From assembly GCA_963664435.2 (NCBI GenBank), contig CAXXKM010000002.1:320001-384000 (forward strand): DNA of 64,000 nucleotides, in the 5' to 3' direction. Origin of the DNA: Longimicrobiales bacterium. Its GTDB lineage: Bacteria; Gemmatimonadota; Gemmatimonadetes; Longimicrobiales; Gaopeijiaceae. Each line of letters starts with the position of its first letter. Positions within the stretch are counted from its first letter, which is position 1. Under the pieces are notes generated by a model. The model was given only the letters and a program-made list of their open reading frames with translations. It did not search any database and was not told the DNA's origin. Below, piece by piece: positions 59,265 to 64,000 of the stretch. The position numbers were made by a program, and so were the translations under genes.

Positions 59265-59554
59265 GGTGGTCTCTCCGGAATCACGTGGCACACCAGACAC
59301 GCTGGCGCTCGAATCTCACAGACCCGGAATGTGGGGGCACCCGTGGCGCGGGAGCAAATGCGCCGGGACGGCGAAGCCGCCCGATCCCGGAGCCCGGCTT
59401 CCGGGACCCTTCGCCCGAGGCCCCCTCGCGTCGCGCTTCCGGCGATGACTCCCGAACTCTCTGGCCCGTGAGTTTCGACTCCGGTAGCTTTCAACTCTGT
59501 CCCCGAGTTTTTTTGAGGCTCAAGAGTGCGCTCGCTTTTTCCGGAGGATGAAAG

Positions 59555-61576
59555 ATGGTCCGCCGAGCCCGAATGATCCCCCTGTTCCTGCTGCTCGCCC
59601 TCGCGCCCCAGGTATCCGCCCAGGAGGGAGACGTTCTGTCCCTCGACAAGTACCTGGACTGGGAGTGGGTGGCCGATCCCCGCATCTCCCCCGACGGCAG
59701 CCGGATCGTCTACACGCGGTCCTGGGTGGACCAGCAGGACGATCGCCGGGCCTCGTCGGTCTGGGTCATGAACGCCGACGGCTCGCGTGCCCGCTTCCTG
59801 CTCGAGGGATCGAGCCCGCGCTGGTCGCCCGACGGCACCCGCATCGCCTTCCTCGACGACTCGCAGATCTTCGTGCGCTGGATGGACGCCGAGGGTGCCA
59901 CCACGCAGATCACGCGCCTGGAGGAGAGCCCGTCGGATATCGCCTGGTCGCCGGACGGCACCCACATCTCCTTCGTCATGACGGTGCCGTCGGACGAGCG
60001 CTGGGCCATCGACATGCCGTCGCCGCCCGAGGGCGCGAGTTGGACCGAAGCCCCGAAGATCGTCACCCGGCTGACCTATCGCCGTGACCGCCGGGGCTAC
60101 ATCGACGACGGCTTCCAGCATCTCTTCCTGGTGCCCGCGGAAGGCGGCACGCCCCGCCAGCTCACCGACGGCGACTGGAACCACTCCGCCCCCCGGTGGA
60201 TGCCCGACGGCTCGGAGATCGTCTTCCAGTCGCTGCGCATCGAGGACTCCGAGGACATCGACAAGACCTGGCGCGAATCGGAGATCTACGCCGTCGACGT
60301 GCGTTCGCGCGCGATTCGGCAGATCACCGACCACCGCGGCCCCGACGGGAGCCCGGTCCCGTCTCCCGACGGCAGCCTGATCGCCTACCAAGCCAACGAC
60401 TGGTCCGACGACACCTACGTCGAGACCGGACTCTACGTGATGAACGCGGATGGCTCGGGCTCACGGCGCATCGCCGGCGAGCTGGGACGGCGCCTCTCGG
60501 GCGTGACCTGGGCCCGGGACGGCAGCGGGGTGTACTTCAACGCAGCAATGACGGGCAACTCGAACCTCTGGTTCGCCCCGGTGAGCGGTGAGCCGCGCGC
60601 GGTCACCAGCGGGAACCACATGCTCGCGGTCACCACGGTCGACCAGGGCGGCCACGCGGTCGGCACGCTCACGAGCTACCACGAAACGGGGGACGTCGTC
60701 TCCTTCCGGCTCGACAGCCCCGGCGACATCCGGCAGCTCACGCGCGTCAACGACGACATCCTGGCCGACGTCGGACTCGGCGAAGTCGAGGAGATCTGGT
60801 ACAAGTCGGTCGACGACTTCGACATCCAGGGCTGGATCATCAAGCCGCCCGACTTCGATCCCGCGCAGCGCTATCCGCTCATCCTCGCGATCCACGGCGG
60901 ACCCCACGGGATGTACAACGTGGGTTTCAACTTCGCCTGGCAGAACCACGCGGCCAACGGCTACGTGGTGCTCTACACCAACCCGCGCGGCAGCTCGGGC
61001 TACGGCAGCGCCTTCGGCAACGCGATCAAGAACGCCTATCCGGGCAAGGACTACGACGACCTGATGAACGGCGTCGACGAGGTGATCGGCCAGGGCTACG
61101 TCGACACCGACAACATGTTCGTCTACGGCTGCTCGGGCGGCGGCGTCCTGACCTCATGGGTGGTCGGCCACACCGACCGTTTCCGGGCGGCGTCCGCCAA
61201 CTGCCCGGTCACCAACTGGCTGTCGTTCGTCGGCACGACCGACGGCGCAACCTGGTACAGGAACTTCGAGCACTTCCCGTGGGACGACCCCTCGGAGCAC
61301 CTGCGCCGCTCCCCGCTGATGTACGTGGGCAACGTGACCACCCCGACCATGCTCATGACCGGCGAGATGGATCTGCGCACGCCGATGGCGCAGACCGAGG
61401 AGTTCTACCAGGCGTTGCGGGTCCTGAAGGTCCCCGCGGCGATGGTGCGCTTCAAGGACGAGTGGCACGGCACCTCGAGCATCCCGTCCAACTTCCTGCG
61501 CACCCAGCTCTACCTGCGCAGCTGGTTCGAGAGGTGGAGGACGCCGATGCCCGTGACGGAGGACGGCGCGCGCTGA
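59555..61576 (+). CDS. S9 family dipeptidyl aminopeptidase/acylaminoacyl peptidase
   Basis: PD40-like WSPDG repeats, IHGGPH, GCSGGG, GEMDLR, EWHG. Confidence 0.94.
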   Translation: MVRRARMIPLFLLLALAPQVSAQEGDVLSLDKYLDWEWVADPRISPDGSRIVYTRSWVDQQDDRRASSVWVMNADGSRARFLLEGSSPRWSPDGTRIAFLDDSQIFVRWMDAEGATTQITRLEESPSDIAWSPDGTHISFVMTVPSDERWAIDMPSPPEGASWTEAPKIVTRLTYRRDRRGYIDDGFQHLFLVPAEGGTPRQLTDGDWNHSAPRWMPDGSEIVFQSLRIEDSEDIDKTWRESEIYAVDVRSRAIRQITDHRGPDGSPVPSPDGSLIAYQANDWSDDTYVETGLYVMNADGSGSRRIAGELGRRLSGVTWARDGSGVYFNAAMTGNSNLWFAPVSGEPRAVTSGNHMLAVTTVDQGGHAVGTLTSYHETGDVVSFRLDSPGDIRQLTRVNDDILADVGLGEVEEIWYKSVDDFDIQGWIIKPPDFDPAQRYPLILAIHGGPHGMYNVGFNFAWQNHAANGYVVLYTNPRGSSGYGSAFGNAIKNAYPGKDYDDLMNGVDEVIGQGYVDTDNMFVYGCSGGGVLTSWVVGHTDRFRAASANCPVTNWLSFVGTTDGATWYRNFEHFPWDDPSEHLRRSPLMYVGNVTTPTMLMTGEMDLRTPMAQTEEFYQALRVLKVPAAMVRFKDEWHGTSSIPSNFLRTQLYLRSWFERWRTPMPVTEDGAR

Positions 61577-61599
61577 AGCCGATCCCGGCCAGGAACGGC

Positions 61600-61636
61600 A
61601 ACGGAGCCCCGGGATGATCCTCGGGGCTCCGTTCTT
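61600..61636 (+). terminator. Probable intrinsic terminator
   Basis: Stem AACGGAGCCCCG / CGGGGCTCCGTT shortly after the peptidase stop; weak T tail. Confidence 0.65.
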
Positions 61637-61680
61637 CATGTTGGGTCTGTCATCCCGGATTCCTTCCGGGATCACGGGGA

Positions 61681-61842
61681 TCACCCCGCGTCGGCCGTCC
61701 GTTCCCGCCGGGACTGGGTGGCGAGGGCGCGGGGCTCCTTGCCCAGCAGCCTTTCGCTCGCCGTCGGGCGAGTCTCGCGCATGCTGGAAAGGGTGTAGTC
61801 TCTACGTCCCCTGAAACGGGTACTGGATCTGCGAATGAGCAT
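61681..61842 (-). CDS. Small basic protein (53 aa)
   Basis: Perfect SD AAGGAGGT 5 nt before the ATG; MLIRRSSTRFRGRRDYTLSSMRETRP... Confidence 0.6.
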   Translation of the reverse strand: MLIRRSSTRFRGRRDYTLSSMRETRPTASERLLGKEPRALATQSRRERTADAG

Positions 61843-61933
61843 CGTCAACCTCCTTGCATCTATACCTGCGGCGAGCCGCGTCACCCTGACACGGTCCGCA
61901 TGAACATCAGTACGCCGCGAGACGGGAATGGAT

Positions 61934-62341
61934 TCAACGCCGACGGCGAAACACGCTGACCCGCAACGGAGGGTCGACGGTCCAGTGGAAGTACAGCCGG
62001 TTCCGCCCTTCCCGAATCTGGTTCTGCTTCCGGTCGCGGGTCTTGGGATAGTCGACTCCCTGGGCGCTCTCGATGACCACGACCCCCTCGCCCGCGTCGG
62101 CTTCGACCCGGAGCAGCGCCTGTTCCAGATTGTGCAGCAGCTCCTGTTCGGCCCGATCGTGGACGGGGCCATCCGCATTGGCGGACAGCTCCAGCGTCTC
62201 CACGGCCTCGTACTCCTCCGCGAAGTCCTCGGCGCCGAGCGAGAGCCGCCGGTCGCGGCGGAAGCCGATTTCGGTAAGGGCGCGGGAATCGAAATCGGGC
62301 CGGACGCTGTGCAGCCTGGTGCCGTAACGCTTCAGGATCAT
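61934..62341 (-). CDS. Hypothetical protein
   Basis: Coding-like 135-aa frame MILKRYGTRLHSVRPDFDSRALTEIGFRRD..., downstream of the helicase. Confidence 0.75.
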   Translation of the reverse strand: MILKRYGTRLHSVRPDFDSRALTEIGFRRDRRLSLGAEDFAEEYEAVETLELSANADGPVHDRAEQELLHNLEQALLRVEADAGEGVVVIESAQGVDYPKTRDRKQNQIREGRNRLYFHWTVDPPLRVSVFRRRR

Positions 62342-62367
62342 GGTGGGTCCGTTTCCGTTTGGAGGGT

Positions 62368-63648
62368 CTACGAGCGCCGCCCCAGAAGACGATCCAGCTC
62401 CTCGGGCGACAGCGAATCCGCGGACTTCGACCCGAAACCGCGCCCGGATCGGGGATGCCGCCGCCCCGTACCGCCATCCCGCGGCTCGACGGGCGTCCCG
62501 GCGTAGTCGAACTCGGGCAGATGGATGCGCTCCAGGGTGCGTCCCAGCAGGAGTTCTATGGACTTGAGGTACGCCAGATCCGGCGCGGTCAGGAAGCTTA
62601 CCGCCGTGCCCGCCGCGCCCGCGCGCGCCGTCCGGCCGATGCGGTGGACGTAGTCGCCGGGGTCGAGCGGGATGTCGTAGTTGACCACGTGCGAGATGCC
62701 CTCCACGTCCAGACCCCGCTGGGCGATGTCGGTGGCGACCAGCACGCGCACGCCTCCGGTCGCGAAGCGGTCGAGCGCCCGCACCCGATGCCGCATCTGG
62801 CGGTCGGAGTGCATGACATCCACCGAAATGCCCTCGCCCTTCAGCCGGGTGAGCAGCATGTCGGCGCCGCGCTTGGTCCGGGTGAAGACGAGCACCTGGT
62901 CCCAGCCCGGGCCGGACAGAAGCCGGACCAGCAGATCCGCCTTCTTCCCCGGCTTGACGGAATACACCCGCTCGTCGATTCCCTCCGCGGTCGTTCCGGA
63001 AGGGGCCACCTCGATGCGCACCGGGTCGCGGGTGACCTGTAGCGAAAGGGCGTGAACGCCGTGCGGCATGGTGGCCGAGAAGAGCATCGTCTGGCGCTCC
63101 CTGGGCACCCTCCTGAGGACGCTCTCGATCTGGGGACGGAAGCCCATGTCGAGCATGCGGTCGGCCTCGTCCAGCACCAGAAAGCCGACCCGGCTCAGAT
63201 CTGCCTGCCCGCGGCGCATGTGATCGATGAAGCGCCCGGGGGTGGCGGCGATGAGTTCCGTGCCGGTCGCGAGCGCGGCGCGCTGCGGTCCGTAGCCCAC
63301 CCCGCCCACGATGCAGGCGCTTCGCAGGGTACTCCCGCGGGAGAGCGCCACTGCCTCACCCAGCACCTGCTGCGCCAGTTCGCGGGTGGGGCAGAGCACG
63401 AGTGCCTGGAGACCGTCGCCCGGGACCGCGCTTTCCAGCACGGGCAGGAGGAACGCCCCCGTCTTGCCGGTCCCGGTCTGGGCGATGCCGACGATGTCCC
63501 GGCCTTCGAGCCCCGGCGGAATCGCCAGCCGCTGCACCGGCGTCGGCAGGCTCCAGCCCAGCGCCTCAACGGCGGCGAGGGTCTCGGGGGATAGGCTCAA
63601 GTCCCCGAACGATGTAACTTCCGGCGTCCCGCCGTCTTCCGCATTCAT
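62368..63648 (-). CDS. DEAD-box RNA helicase (RhlE-like)
   Basis: Q motif, AQTGTGKT, PTRELA, TPGR, DEAD, SAT, YVHRIGRTAR; start approximate. Confidence 0.95.
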   Translation of the reverse strand: MNAEDGGTPEVTSFGDLSLSPETLAAVEALGWSLPTPVQRLAIPPGLEGRDIVGIAQTGTGKTGAFLLPVLESAVPGDGLQALVLCPTRELAQQVLGEAVALSRGSTLRSACIVGGVGYGPQRAALATGTELIAATPGRFIDHMRRGQADLSRVGFLVLDEADRMLDMGFRPQIESVLRRVPRERQTMLFSATMPHGVHALSLQVTRDPVRIEVAPSGTTAEGIDERVYSVKPGKKADLLVRLLSGPGWDQVLVFTRTKRGADMLLTRLKGEGISVDVMHSDRQMRHRVRALDRFATGGVRVLVATDIAQRGLDVEGISHVVNYDIPLDPGDYVHRIGRTARAGAAGTAVSFLTAPDLAYLKSIELLLGRTLERIHLPEFDYAGTPVEPRDGGTGRRHPRSGRGFGSKSADSLSPEELDRLLGRRS

Positions 63649-63681
63649 CTCCGATATCAGCCTCAAGTGCTCTCCCATGGC

Positions 63682-64000
63682 ATGTCCGATTCCGCCGTAA
63701 CCTCAATACTTTTCGTCTGTTTAGGCAACATCTGCCGCTCTCCCCTGGCGGAAGGCGTCTTCGCCCATCTCGCGAACCAGGCCGACGTCGACGTGCGCGT
63801 CGATTCCGCCGGAACCGGGTCCTGGCACGTGGGTGAGCGCCCGGACTCGCGTGCGCTGGCGGTCGCCCGCGCCCACGGCGTCGAACTCCCGGGGCATGCG
63901 CGCCAGGTAAGTCCGAACGACATGAGCGACTTCGACTACGTGATCGCGATGGACCGCAGCAATCTCGCACATCTGGCGGCGCTACGGCGCTCGTCGCATG
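63682..64000 (+). CDS. Low-molecular-weight protein-tyrosine phosphatase (runs off the window end)
   Basis: Hand translation: MSDSAVTSILFVCLGNICRSPLAEG...DSAGTGSWHVG...FDYVIAMD. Confidence 0.93.
   Translation, partial: MSDSAVTSILFVCLGNICRSPLAEGVFAHLANQADVDVRVDSAGTGSWHVGERPDSRALAVARAHGVELPGHARQVSPNDMSDFDYVIAMDRSNLAHLAALRRSSH

Noticed and set aside
61770..61925. 6S RNA or riboswitch
   Set aside because: Only terminal complementarity; the internal repeats are direct rather than inverted, and a strong SD plus ORF explains the region better. An Rfam scan is needed to exclude it.
1..64000. CRISPR arrays, tRNA, rRNA, IS elements
   Set aside because: No regularly spaced repeats, cloverleaf or rRNA signatures, or transposase motifs were recognised by eye.

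Overview
High-GC bacterial chromosomal segment. The gene set (PorX-like PglZ response regulator, GWxTD protein, recF-dciA uncoupled from dnaA/gyrB, many secreted peptidases) suggests Gemmatimonadota, but this is inference only. Most of the window is housekeeping or metabolic: recF/dciA/ssb/rpsU, acyl-CoA enzymes, a MoxR-DUF58-DUF4350-DUF4129-RDD/SpoIIM cluster, a RHH-PIN toxin-antitoxin pair, an envelope operon (GWxTD, TonB-like, PorX-like, MsbA, LpxL, GT2, DUF3108), ctaB, serA, typA, peptidases and a DEAD-box helicase. A visibly less GC-rich accessory island lies at about 47.19-56.55 kb. It carries (i) a DUF6978-like/DUF1828 two-gene cassette bracketed by an exact 35-bp duplication of the 5' end of the neighbouring dehydrogenase gene, (ii) a tightly coupled four-gene membrane operon that looks like a non-canonical MotA/MotB (ZorA/ZorB-like) ion-driven motor plus a MIDAS-bearing vWA protein and a multi-TM coiled-coil protein, and (iii) a ComEC-like nuclease/DUF3006 pair. 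The four-gene operon is the best candidate for an undescribed system, and it carries an in-frame amber codon and a 1-nt frameshift. Just outside the island is a small coding-like frame interrupted by UGA (candidate selenoprotein or gene remnant). No rRNA, tRNA, CRISPR array, integrase or transposase was recognised. All family assignments come from motif recognition by eye, not from database searches.
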